The position numbers were made by a program, and so were the translations under genes. Of a DNA stretch of 64,000 bases, positions 37,154 to 44,855 are shown piece by piece (the first letter of the stretch is position 1; every line of letters begins with the position of its first letter). The stretch is from an uncultured Actinomycetes bacterium (lineage in GTDB: Bacteria > Actinomycetota > UBA4738 > HRBIN12), in contig OY969934.1 of the NCBI GenBank assembly GCA_963704725.1, positions 736,001-800,000 on the forward strand, given 5' to 3'. Under the pieces are notes generated by a model. It was given only the letters and a program-made list of their open reading frames with translations, ran no database searches and was not told where the DNA came from.

Positions 37154-37292
37154 GCTCGGACATCGCGCGGGGCGGCGATGTCCGAGCCGGCCCTGCGAAC
37201 CGGGCGGCGCTGCCCCGGCGCCGGGCCCTGGTGGCCGGGGCTGCGGCTGCTCGAGGGCTCACCTCGCGCCGCCGTTCCTTTGGGTTCTACCC
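37154..37292 (-). ncRNA. Candidate SigB/SigF-dependent structured sRNA ending in a hairpin
   Basis: Promoter at 37298-37323, nested stems, perfect 13-bp hairpin gctcggacatcgc/gcgatgtccgagc at 37154-37187. Confidence 0.4.
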
Positions 37293-37297
37293 TTCCG

Positions 37298-37323
37298 GTA
37301 CCCGTGGCCCGTGCCCACGAAAC
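37298..37323 (-). promoter_or_regulatory. SigB/SigF-type promoter (GTTT-N16-GGGTAC)
   Basis: Consensus match. Confidence 0.65.
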
Positions 37324-37341
37324 GTCGCGCTGATCCGGCGC

Positions 37342-38142
37342 TCAGGCTCGGGGCGGCGGCGTCCCCATGCCCCAGGCGTCCGCACCACCGTCGACGACGA
37401 TGGTCGTCCCCGTGATGTACCGCCCTCCCGTGGAGGCGAGGAACGCGATCGTGCTCGCCACCTCCTCGGGCCGGCCCAAGCGGCCCAGGGGAATGCTCCG
37501 GTTCGCCTCCTCGATCCAAGCGTCGCCGTAGGCGCGGAGTCCCTCCGTGTCGATCGCGCCGCAGGCGATGCAGACGGCCCGGATGCCGTAGCGGCTCCAT
37601 TCGATGGCCAGACCGCCGGCGAGGTTCTCGAGCGCGGCGCGAGCGGCCGAGGAGTGGATCATGAACGGCACGCCGCGGCGCGGGCTGAACCCGATGAAGA
37701 CGACCAGCCCGCCGCGAGCGGGGATCATCGCGCGCTCGGCGACCGTCCTCGTCAGGTTCCACACGGCGTCGACGTTCAGGCGGTGGACGGCTCGCCATCC
37801 CTTCGCGGAGATCTGCTCGGCGGGCGCCGCGAACTGCCCGCCGGCGTTGTTCACGAGGACGTCGATCCGGCCGAAGCGCTCGAGCACGGCGTCGACGAGC
37901 GCGTTCACCTGATCCGGCTCGCGCACGTCGATGCCGGGAAGGGCCAGGACCTCCGTCCCGCCGCGCTCGAGCTCCTCGCGCACCACCTCGACGGGCTCGG
38001 GCCGGCGGCCGCAGATGGCCACGCGAGCGCCGGTCCTGGCGAACTCGCGGGCCGTGGCGGCCCCGATGCCCGTTCCGCCCCCCGTGACGAGCGCGACCTG
38101 GTCCCGGGTGGCCTGTGGCGAGAGGGCGGGGCTCGGGTCCAT
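37342..38142 (-). CDS. SDR family oxidoreductase (2,4-dienoyl-CoA reductase-like)
   Basis: VTGGGTGIG, NNAGGQF, HSSAARA, PLGRLG, VVDGG. Confidence 0.92.
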   Translation of the reverse strand: MDPSPALSPQATRDQVALVTGGGTGIGAATAREFARTGARVAICGRRPEPVEVVREELERGGTEVLALPGIDVREPDQVNALVDAVLERFGRIDVLVNNAGGQFAAPAEQISAKGWRAVHRLNVDAVWNLTRTVAERAMIPARGGLVVFIGFSPRRGVPFMIHSSAARAALENLAGGLAIEWSRYGIRAVCIACGAIDTEGLRAYGDAWIEEANRSIPLGRLGRPEEVASTIAFLASTGGRYITGTTIVVDGGADAWGMGTPPPRA

Positions 38143-38154
38143 GGAGCGCATCAT

Positions 38155-38277
38155 GCCCGAGCGCCGGCCTGGCGTGAGGAACGAACAGAAAGGAGAGCGG
38201 AGGCCGGCCCGGACGCAGGCGGTGGAGGGGCCACCAACCTTTCGGGCAGGGGGGCGGGCCGGCCTCCCCACTCGGGC
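38155..38277 (-). ncRNA. Candidate structured sRNA or 5' leader downstream of a SigB-type promoter
   Basis: Nested inverted repeats gcccgag/ctcgggc and ggaggccggccc/gggccggcctcc, inner ggtgg/ccacc stem. Confidence 0.4.
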
Positions 38278-38282
38278 CAGGT

Positions 38283-38308
38283 CTACCCCGGGGTCGCCGA
38301 TCGCAAAC
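38283..38308 (-). promoter_or_regulatory. SigB/SigF-type promoter (GTTT-N16-GGGTAG)
   Basis: Consensus match. Confidence 0.65.
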
Positions 38309-38362
38309 CCGTCACCCTCGACGTGGACCGAACCCCGATCGCCGCCGCCGGCCGGGTCCGCC

Positions 38363-38590
38363 CTAGGCGGGCATCTTGGTGGTGCGGAAGCGACGGACGT
38401 TCAGCAGGTACGGGGTGGGTTGGGTGTGCTCCCAGCACCGATCCCCGTTGTTGTAGATGGACAGGACCGTCTGGCACGTCGCCTCGGCGCAGACGCGCCC
38501 GGCCCGCACGCGCCGCGGCCCCCTGCCCGGTCCCCCGGGGAACTTGCCCCGCAGGGCGAGCCGATCTTCGAGGTCGATTGGCTCCTTCAT
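38363..38590 (-). CDS. Small C3H metal-binding hypothetical protein
   Basis: GRVCAEATCQTVLSIYN...CWEH; directly preceded by a SigB-type promoter. Confidence 0.65.
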   Translation of the reverse strand: MKEPIDLEDRLALRGKFPGGPGRGPRRVRAGRVCAEATCQTVLSIYNNGDRCWEHTQPTPYLLNVRRFRTTKMPA

Positions 38591-38599
38591 GCCGCGGGA

Positions 38600-38625
38600 G
38601 TACCCCCGCGCGTTGGAAGTCAAAC
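38600..38625 (-). promoter_or_regulatory. SigB/SigF-type promoter (GTTT-N16-GGGTAC)
   Basis: Consensus match ending 9 nt before ATG (leaderless). Confidence 0.7.
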
Positions 38626-38652
38626 CGCGAGCCCCCTTAGGAGCCCGGGTGA

Positions 38653-39384
38653 TCAGGGGATCGCGACGTCCCGGAGGAAGGCGAGCGAGCGCGCGAGGAG
38701 CCGGGAGACGTGCATCTGGCTCACCCCGAGCTCGGAGGCGATCTCGCTCTGGGTCTTCTCCTCGAAGAAGCGCAGGTACAGGATGGCCCGCTCGCGCTCG
38801 GGGAGGCGCCGGATCACGGGCGCCAGGCTCTGCCACGCGTCGAGGCTGTCGAAGCGATCGTCCTCCGCGGCCAGCCGGTCGAGCGGCGACAGGTCCTCCT
38901 CGCCGGCACCGGGCGCATCGAGGGAGTCGGCCGAGTAGGCGCGCGACGCGTCGATCGCCTCGAGGACGCGCTCCTCGCGCTCGCCGACGTGCAGGGAGAT
39001 CTCGCGCACGGTGGGGGAGCGGCCGAGCTCCTGGGTGAGCGTCCCGATGGCCCGGGTCACCCGCACGGCGAGCTCCTGGATCGGCCGCGGAACGCGGATC
39101 GCCCACCCTCGGTCGCGGAGGTGTCGCTTCAGCTCACCGATGATCGTGATCGTGGCGAAGGTCGAGAACTTGACCTCGCGATCGGGGTCCAGCCGGTCGA
39201 TGGCCTTCAGCAGGGCGATCGTCGCCACCTGCTCCAGGTCCTCGTGGCTCTCGCCGCGGCCGTGGAAACGACGCGCGAGGTAGATCGCGAGCGGCCGGTG
39301 GCGAACGAGCAGGGCCTCGCGGGCCGCCTCGTCGGGAAGCCGGGAGAACAGCTCGGCGTCCGCGAGATCGGCGAGGGTGCTCAT
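38653..39384 (-). CDS. sigF: SigB/SigF/SigG family RNA polymerase sigma factor
   Basis: LARRFHGRGESHEDLEQVA..LLKAIDR, TIIGELKRHLRDRGWAIRVPR, TQSEIASELGVSQMHVSRLL. Confidence 0.93.
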   Translation of the reverse strand: MSTLADLADAELFSRLPDEAAREALLVRHRPLAIYLARRFHGRGESHEDLEQVATIALLKAIDRLDPDREVKFSTFATITIIGELKRHLRDRGWAIRVPRPIQELAVRVTRAIGTLTQELGRSPTVREISLHVGEREERVLEAIDASRAYSADSLDAPGAGEEDLSPLDRLAAEDDRFDSLDAWQSLAPVIRRLPERERAILYLRFFEEKTQSEIASELGVSQMHVSRLLARSLAFLRDVAIP

Positions 39385-39776
39385 CCCGAGGGGGCTCCGA
39401 CGCCGCGTTTGCCGACGCGGACCGCCGGTCCCGAGGCCGAGAGCTCCCAGGCCACGGTGTCGGCGAGCCCCTGCAGGACCTGGGCGGCCAGGGAGTGATG
39501 GATCCCGGCGGGGGGCCACGCGCCGACCTCGGCGTCCGTCGTGCACAGCACCTCGACGCCGTCGGTGTTGGACGCGATCTCGACGGTGACGGAGGACCCC
39601 CGGGCGAGCAGGAGCTGGGCGCAGGCCTCGTCGACCGCGATGCGGAGGTCCTCGATCGCGTCGATCGTCAGATCGTTGCGAGCCGCGACGCTTCCGACCA
39701 CCGTCCGGACGACGTGCAGGAACTCCGCCCGAGCGGGCACGGTGATCCGCACGGCGTCGTCGGAGGTGGGACTCAC
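39381..39776 (-). CDS. Anti-sigma factor (RsbW/UsfX-like, degenerate HATPase)
   Basis: ITVPARAEFL...IEDLRIAVDEACA; ATGA overlap with the sigma gene. Confidence 0.85.
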   Translation of the reverse strand: MSPTSDDAVRITVPARAEFLHVVRTVVGSVAARNDLTIDAIEDLRIAVDEACAQLLLARGSSVTVEIASNTDGVEVLCTTDAEVGAWPPAGIHHSLAAQVLQGLADTVAWELSASGPAVRVGKRGVGAPSG

Positions 39777-39827
39777 GCGCGGCCTATACTAGGCCCACGC
39801 GCAGGGGGGCTCGAAGGGGACGCGACC

Positions 39828-40163
39828 GTCGAACTGCGACTCGACACCCGAACCGAACGCGACTGGACCGTCCTCGACGTCGATGGCGAGGTCGATCTCT
39901 CCACGGCACCGACGCTCCGCTCGCGGATCGAACAGCTGATCGCTGACGGCGTCCGCAAGCTCGTCGTGAGCCTGGAAGGCGTCGGCTTCCTCGACTCGAG
40001 CGGCCTTTCCGCGCTCGTCGCCGCCATGAAAGGCATGCAGGAGAGCGGCGGGGAGTTCATCCTGGTCTGCCGCGACGAGCCGATCCTCAAGGTCTTCACG
40101 GTCACCGGCCTGGACCGGGTGTTCGCGATCCACGGCTCGCTCGCCGAGGCGGTCGCGGGGTGA
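39828..40163 (+). CDS. STAS-domain anti-sigma factor antagonist (RsbV-like); start codon reads GTC
   Basis: GEVDLSTAP, FLDSSGLSALV phospho-Ser motif, VFTVTGLD. Confidence 0.9.
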   Translation, partial: VELRLDTRTERDWTVLDVDGEVDLSTAPTLRSRIEQLIADGVRKLVVSLEGVGFLDSSGLSALVAAMKGMQESGGEFILVCRDEPILKVFTVTGLDRVFAIHGSLAEAVAG

Positions 40164-40543
40164 TGATGGACGCGTTCCGTCTCACCATGCCCTGCAGGGC
40201 GGATCAGCTCGGGACGGCCCGTTCGTTCGCCGCGGCGGTCGCCCGGCACTACGCGATCTCGGGTGAGTCGGTCGAGGACCTGAAGCTCGCGATCTCGGAG
40301 GCGTGCGTCGATGCACTCGTGGCCGGCGCGCCGATCGACGTGTCGGCGGAGGATGCCGGGAGCTCGATCGCGTTCGCCGTGAAGGCCCCGGACGCCGCCG
40401 GCGCTCCGGGTGGTCCCGAGCGTGCTGAGCTCGACGAGCTCGGCGCGCCCGCCCGGATCCAGCTGATCCGCTCCCTGTTCCCGGACGCGACGGTGTCGGA
40501 GGACGGTCACCGCACGATCCGGTTCTCGCTCCCGCTCGGCTGA
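40160..40543 (+). CDS. Second RsbW-like protein (degenerate HATPase_c_2)
   Basis: LTMPCRADQLGTARSFAAAVA...VEDLKLAISEACVDAL. Confidence 0.8.
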   Translation: MMMDAFRLTMPCRADQLGTARSFAAAVARHYAISGESVEDLKLAISEACVDALVAGAPIDVSAEDAGSSIAFAVKAPDAAGAPGGPERAELDELGAPARIQLIRSLFPDATVSEDGHRTIRFSLPLG

Positions 40544-40572
40544 GCGCCCGCTCGCCATCGCGCACGTCCGCC

Positions 40573-40598
40573 GTTTCCGATCCGCCGTGTTCGGGAAT
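40573..40598 (+). promoter_or_regulatory. SigB/SigF-type promoter (GTTT-N16-GGGAAT)
   Basis: Upstream of csbD, a classic SigB target. Confidence 0.75.
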
Positions 40599-40630
40599 CT
40601 CCGCCGAGACCACCGAGCGAAGGAGGCCCC

Positions 40631-40822
40631 ATGGGCGAGAAGACGGATGAGGCGAAGGGCCGCGCGAAGGAGGCCGTCGGCGATCTCACGGACGACGAGC
40701 GCCTCAAGCGCGAGGGCAAGATGGATCGAGCCGGCGCGACGGTGAAGCGCAAGACGGGCGAAACCGTCGACAAGGCGAAGGAAGCCGTCGATGACGTCAT
40801 GGACGACGCGCGGAAGCGCTGA
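40631..40822 (+). CDS. csbD: CsbD family general stress protein
   Basis: DEAKGRAKEAVGDLTDDERLKREGKMD. Confidence 0.92.
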   Translation: MGEKTDEAKGRAKEAVGDLTDDERLKREGKMDRAGATVKRKTGETVDKAKEAVDDVMDDARKR

Positions 40823-40826
40823 CGCT

Positions 40827-40852
40827 GTTTGAGTCGGCGGCGCAACGGGAAT
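40827..40852 (+). promoter_or_regulatory. SigB/SigF-type promoter (GTTT-N16-GGGAAT)
   Basis: Same boxes and spacing as the csbD promoter. Confidence 0.7.
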
Positions 40853-40894
40853 CGACTGGCTGCTCAACGGAGATCGACGCGGGAGGTGGGAGCG

Positions 40895-41053
40895 ATGACG
40901 TATCGAGACGAACGTCAGGTCCAGGAGCCGCCCGTGCACGAGGGATCGAATGGCCTCGTCGGCTACGCGGCGATCAAGTACACGGCGATCGTGGTGATCG
41001 TGCTCGCGATCCTCGCGTTCCTCGCCTGGTACGTGCTGCCTCGGCTGACCTGA
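40895..41053 (+). CDS. Small single-TM protein
   Basis: SD ggaggtggg; AAIKYTAIVVIVLAILAFLAWYVLP. Confidence 0.7.
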   Translation: MTYRDERQVQEPPVHEGSNGLVGYAAIKYTAIVVIVLAILAFLAWYVLPRLT

Positions 41054-41077
41054 GGCCGTCGGTGGAAGGGAGACGAC

Positions 41078-41257
41078 ATGCTCGCGATGGTGATGGCAAT
41101 CAACGGAGGTGCGGCCACGCTGCTGTGGCTGATTGCCGCCGTCCTGGTGATCGCCGGGATCGTGACCCTGGTGCGCGGGGCGGTGGTGTCCGGCGTCGTC
41201 CTGATCGTGGTCGGACTGCTCGTCGGTCCGGGAGGGGTGAGCATCTTCAACGCCTGA
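41078..41257 (+). CDS. GPGG-motif small membrane protein (59 aa, absent from the ORF track)
   Basis: Translated by hand: ...LLWLIAAVLVIAGIVTLVRG...LIVVGLLVGPGGVSIFNA. Confidence 0.8.
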   Translation: MLAMVMAINGGAATLLWLIAAVLVIAGIVTLVRGAVVSGVVLIVVGLLVGPGGVSIFNA

Positions 41258-41303
41258 CCCGATGAAAGCGCGGACGTTCTGCGCTCTCATCGACACGTGA
41301 GAT

Positions 41304-41337
41304 CGAGGTCGTCGCCCGTCTTCGGGCGGCGACCTCG
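41304..41337 (+). terminator. Hairpin terminator
   Basis: cgaggtcgtcgcccg-tctt-cgggcggcgacctcg. Confidence 0.65.
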
Positions 41338-41457
41338 TCGCGACGCCGAGGCTTGGCGGGGTCTCCGGCAGCGCCGGGCGATCGTTTCGCATTACCCTTC
41401 CCGGGTGCCGCCTGGAGATCCCTCTTGATCCGGGGAACGTCGGGTTCTGTCCCCCCG

Positions 41458-44400
41458 GTGCGGACGGCGCTCGGGACGGTGGTCGAACGCCGGTTCCGGC
41501 CCGAGTCGAGCGCCGCGGCGGCCGCGCGCCACGCGCTGGCCGACCTGATCGGGCGCTACCTCGACGAGTCGGGCCTGGACAACGCGAAGCTGCTGACGAG
41601 CGAGCTCGTCACGAACTCAGTCAGGCACGGTCCGAAGGGCCCGTACGCCGACGTGTGCCTTCGCGTCGTCGTCCGCGAGTCGGCCGTGCGGGTCGAGGTG
41701 ATCGACGACGGCGGTGGGTTCGTCCGCCCACCGGTGCCCGACCCTCGCGAGATCGGCGGCTGGGGCCTCGTCCTCGTCGACAGCGTGGCCGATCGCTGGG
41801 GGATCGAACCGGGCGCCCCCACGACGGTGTGGTTCGAGATCGACCGGGATCCGAAGGCGCCTCCCGCCGCCGTCGGGCCGTCGGCGTGGCCGGCCTCCTT
41901 CGACCCCGTGATGCTCGACATCGAGCCGGCCGCGGTGATCGCCGCGGACCTGGAGGGGACCATCACCCGCTGGAACCGGCAGGCCTCGCGCCTGTTCGGG
42001 TTCGAGGCGGCCGAAGCGATCGGCACGCCGATCGCCCAGACGCTGGTGGCCGACCCCGACTCCGCCGCCGCGGAGGTCCTCCTGCGGCGGCTGCGCGAGG
42101 GCGACGCGTGGGACGAGGAGTGGCTGGCTCCCCGCCGCGGCGGCGGTCGTATCTGGGTCCGCCTGGCCATCTCGCCCGTTCGCGACGAGCGGGGCGACGT
42201 GATCGGCACGATCGCGGTCGCGCTCGACATCAGCGAGCGCCGTCGGGCGCAGACCGCGCTGGCAGACAGCCAGGAGCGACTGAGGATCGCGTTGGACGCC
42301 GGCCGGATGGGGACCTGGGACTGGGACATGGACTCGGGCGCGATGCGCTGGTCCGAGAGCCTCGAGCGCATGCACGGTCTGGAGCCGGGCGGGTTCGGCG
42401 GGATGTTCGAGCATTTCCAGGCGGACATCCACCCCGACGATCGAACGCGAACCCTGGCGGCGATCCAGCGCGCCGTCCACGAGGGCCTCGAGCTCACGCA
42501 CGACTACCGGATCGTCCGGCCGTCCGACGGCGCGGTGCGGTGGCTCGCCTTGCGGGGGCGCGTCCTGCGGGAGGACACGGACCGGGTGACGGGAATGGCC
42601 GGCGTGTGCGCCGACATCACGGTGCGGAAGGAGGCGGAGCGGAGCCTGGCCGTGCAGTACGCGATCTCCCGCGTGCTGTCCACGGCGACGACGCTCGATG
42701 AGGCCGCCCCGGAGCTGCTCCGGGCCATCGGGGAGGCGCTCGGGTGGGAGGTCGGGCTCATCTGGCGCCTCGACGAGGACGACGCCGTCCTGCGCTTCGC
42801 CGGAGGTTGGACCGCGACGAGGGCCGTGGGGGCGCCGTTCCTTCGCCGGAGCCGGGAGTTCCTGTTCGAGCGCGGGGTGGGGCTGCCGGGGACGGTGTGG
42901 GAGGCCGGCCGCCCTCGGTGGGTCGCGGACCTGGCGCTGGAGGAGAACTTCCCGCGCGCGCCGTTCGCGATCGAGGAGGGGCTGCACGCTGGGTTCGGGT
43001 TCCCGTTGACGCTCGGAGGTCAGCTGCTCGGGGTGATGGAGTTCTTCAGCCGGAGGATCCGCGAGCCCGACGGCCCCCTGCTCGACCTGATGACCTCGGT
43101 CGGGGCACAGGTCGGCCAGTACCTCGAGCGCCAGTCGACCGAGACGGAGCTCGTCGAGAGCGAGGCCCGCAAGAGCGCGATCCTCGAGTCCGCGCTCGAG
43201 GCCATCGTGACGATGGATCGGCTCGGCACGATCGTCGAGATGAACGCCGCGGCGAGCGAGATGTTCGGCCTCGATCGCGAGGCCGCGATCGGGGGCGAGC
43301 TGGCGGAGCTGATGATCCCCGAGGGGCTCCGTCAGCGTCATCGCGAGGCGCTGCGACGGTTCCCGCGGACGGGTCGCGGACGGATCCTCGGGCGCCGGCT
43401 GGAGCTCACCGGCCTTCGCGCCGACGGCACCGAGTTTCCCGTCGAGCTGACGGTCACGCGCGTCCAGCTCCCGGACCCGGACGAGATCCTGTTCACGGGG
43501 TACATCCGGGACATCACCCCGCGTCGCCGGGCGGAGGAGCTGCAGGCCCAGCTGTTCGAGAGCGAGCGCGCGGCGCGTGAGGAGGTGGAGCGGGCGCACG
43601 AGCGCTCCGCGTTCCTGGCGGACGCGAGCGTGATCCTCGGCGGCTCGCTCGATCACCGCCGGACCCTCGCCAAGGTCGCCCGGCTCATCGTTCCCCGGCT
43701 CGCGGATTGGTGCAGCGTCGACCTCGGCGAGGCCGACGGGACCGTCCAGTCGGTGGCCGTCGCGCACGCCGATCCCGACAGGCTCGAGCTCACCCGGGAG
43801 TACCGGCGCCGGTTCCCGCCGGACCTGAGCGTCGGGGGCGGCGTCGCCGCCGTGATCTCCTCGGGTGAGCCCGCGATCTACCCCGAGGTGACGCCCGAGA
43901 TGCTCGAGGCGGGGATGCCCGATCCGGAGCGGCGGGCGATGCTCGAGGAGCTCGGCCTGCGCTCCGTGATGGTGGTGCCGCTCAAGGCTCGAGGCCAGGC
44001 CATCGGTTCGATCACGTTCGCCTCGGCGGCGTCGGGTCGGACGTACGGCGAGGCGGACCTCGAGCTCGCGCAGGAGCTGGCGCGCCGCGCCGCGCTCGCG
44101 CTCGACAACGCGCGCCTGTACGAGGAGCGGAGCCACATCGCGCGCACCCTCCAGCGCTCGCTCCTCCCCCGCCGGCTCCCGGAGATCCCCGGGGTCCAGG
44201 TGGCGGCGTTCTACCAGCCGGCCGGCGTGACGCAGACCGAGGTCGGCGGCGACTTCTACGACGTGTCCGAGGCGGCCGACGGCGCATGGTCGGTCGTGGT
44301 CGGCGACGTGTGCGGCAAGGGCGTGGAGGCGGCCGCCCTCACCGGCATGGCCCGGCACACCCTCCGGATCTCCGTCCTCCGCGAGACCACTCCGAGCGCC

Positions 44401-44847
44401 GCGCTCCGCGACCTCAACCGGGTGATGCTCCAGGAGGACGGCGAGCGTTTCTGCACGGTGGCGCTCGGCCGGCTCGAGCGCACGTACCGTGGTCTCCGGC
44501 TGACGGTCGCGTGCGGCGGTCACCCCCCGCCCCTCGTGCTCCGTTCGGACGGCGGCGTCGCCTCGATCGGCGCGCCGGGCTCACTCCTCGGTGTGTTCCC
44601 GAACGTGTCGATCGAGGACGTCGTCCTCGACCTCGACGCGGGCGATCAGGTCGTCCTGTTCACCGACGGGCTCGTCGACGCCCGGCACCCCACCCCGCTG
44701 GACGACGCCGGCCTGCGACGGTTGGTGGCGGAGTGCCGGGACCTGTCCGCCCAGGCCACGGTGGATCGGATCGGGGAGGCCATCGCCGACCCCGGCAGCG
44801 AGGCCCCCGACGACGTCTGCATCCTGGTTCTGCGCGTGGACGGTTGA
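41458..44847 (+). CDS. HATPase-PAS-PAS-GAF-PAS-GAF-SpoIIE (PP2C) signalling protein (start uncertain)
   Basis: SELVTNSVRHG, DDGGGF, GGWGL; PAS/GAF motifs; LQRSLLP, VGGDFYD, GDVCGKG, GHPPP, FTDGL, DD. Confidence 0.92.
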   Translation: MRTALGTVVERRFRPESSAAAAARHALADLIGRYLDESGLDNAKLLTSELVTNSVRHGPKGPYADVCLRVVVRESAVRVEVIDDGGGFVRPPVPDPREIGGWGLVLVDSVADRWGIEPGAPTTVWFEIDRDPKAPPAAVGPSAWPASFDPVMLDIEPAAVIAADLEGTITRWNRQASRLFGFEAAEAIGTPIAQTLVADPDSAAAEVLLRRLREGDAWDEEWLAPRRGGGRIWVRLAISPVRDERGDVIGTIAVALDISERRRAQTALADSQERLRIALDAGRMGTWDWDMDSGAMRWSESLERMHGLEPGGFGGMFEHFQADIHPDDRTRTLAAIQRAVHEGLELTHDYRIVRPSDGAVRWLALRGRVLREDTDRVTGMAGVCADITVRKEAERSLAVQYAISRVLSTATTLDEAAPELLRAIGEALGWEVGLIWRLDEDDAVLRFAGGWTATRAVGAPFLRRSREFLFERGVGLPGTVWEAGRPRWVADLALEENFPRAPFAIEEGLHAGFGFPLTLGGQLLGVMEFFSRRIREPDGPLLDLMTSVGAQVGQYLERQSTETELVESEARKSAILESALEAIVTMDRLGTIVEMNAAASEMFGLDREAAIGGELAELMIPEGLRQRHREALRRFPRTGRGRILGRRLELTGLRADGTEFPVELTVTRVQLPDPDEILFTGYIRDITPRRRAEELQAQLFESERAAREEVERAHERSAFLADASVILGGSLDHRRTLAKVARLIVPRLADWCSVDLGEADGTVQSVAVAHADPDRLELTREYRRRFPPDLSVGGGVAAVISSGEPAIYPEVTPEMLEAGMPDPERRAMLEELGLRSVMVVPLKARGQAIGSITFASAASGRTYGEADLELAQELARRAALALDNARLYEERSHIARTLQRSLLPRRLPEIPGVQVAAFYQPAGVTQTEVGGDFYDVSEAADGAWSVVVGDVCGKGVEAAALTGMARHTLRISVLRETTPSAALRDLNRVMLQEDGERFCTVALGRLERTYRGLRLTVACGGHPPPLVLRSDGGVASIGAPGSLLGVFPNVSIEDVVLDLDAGDQVVLFTDGLVDARHPTPLDDAGLRRLVAECRDLSAQATVDRIGEAIADPGSEAPDDVCILVLRVDG

Positions 44848-44855
44848 GGCCGGCC

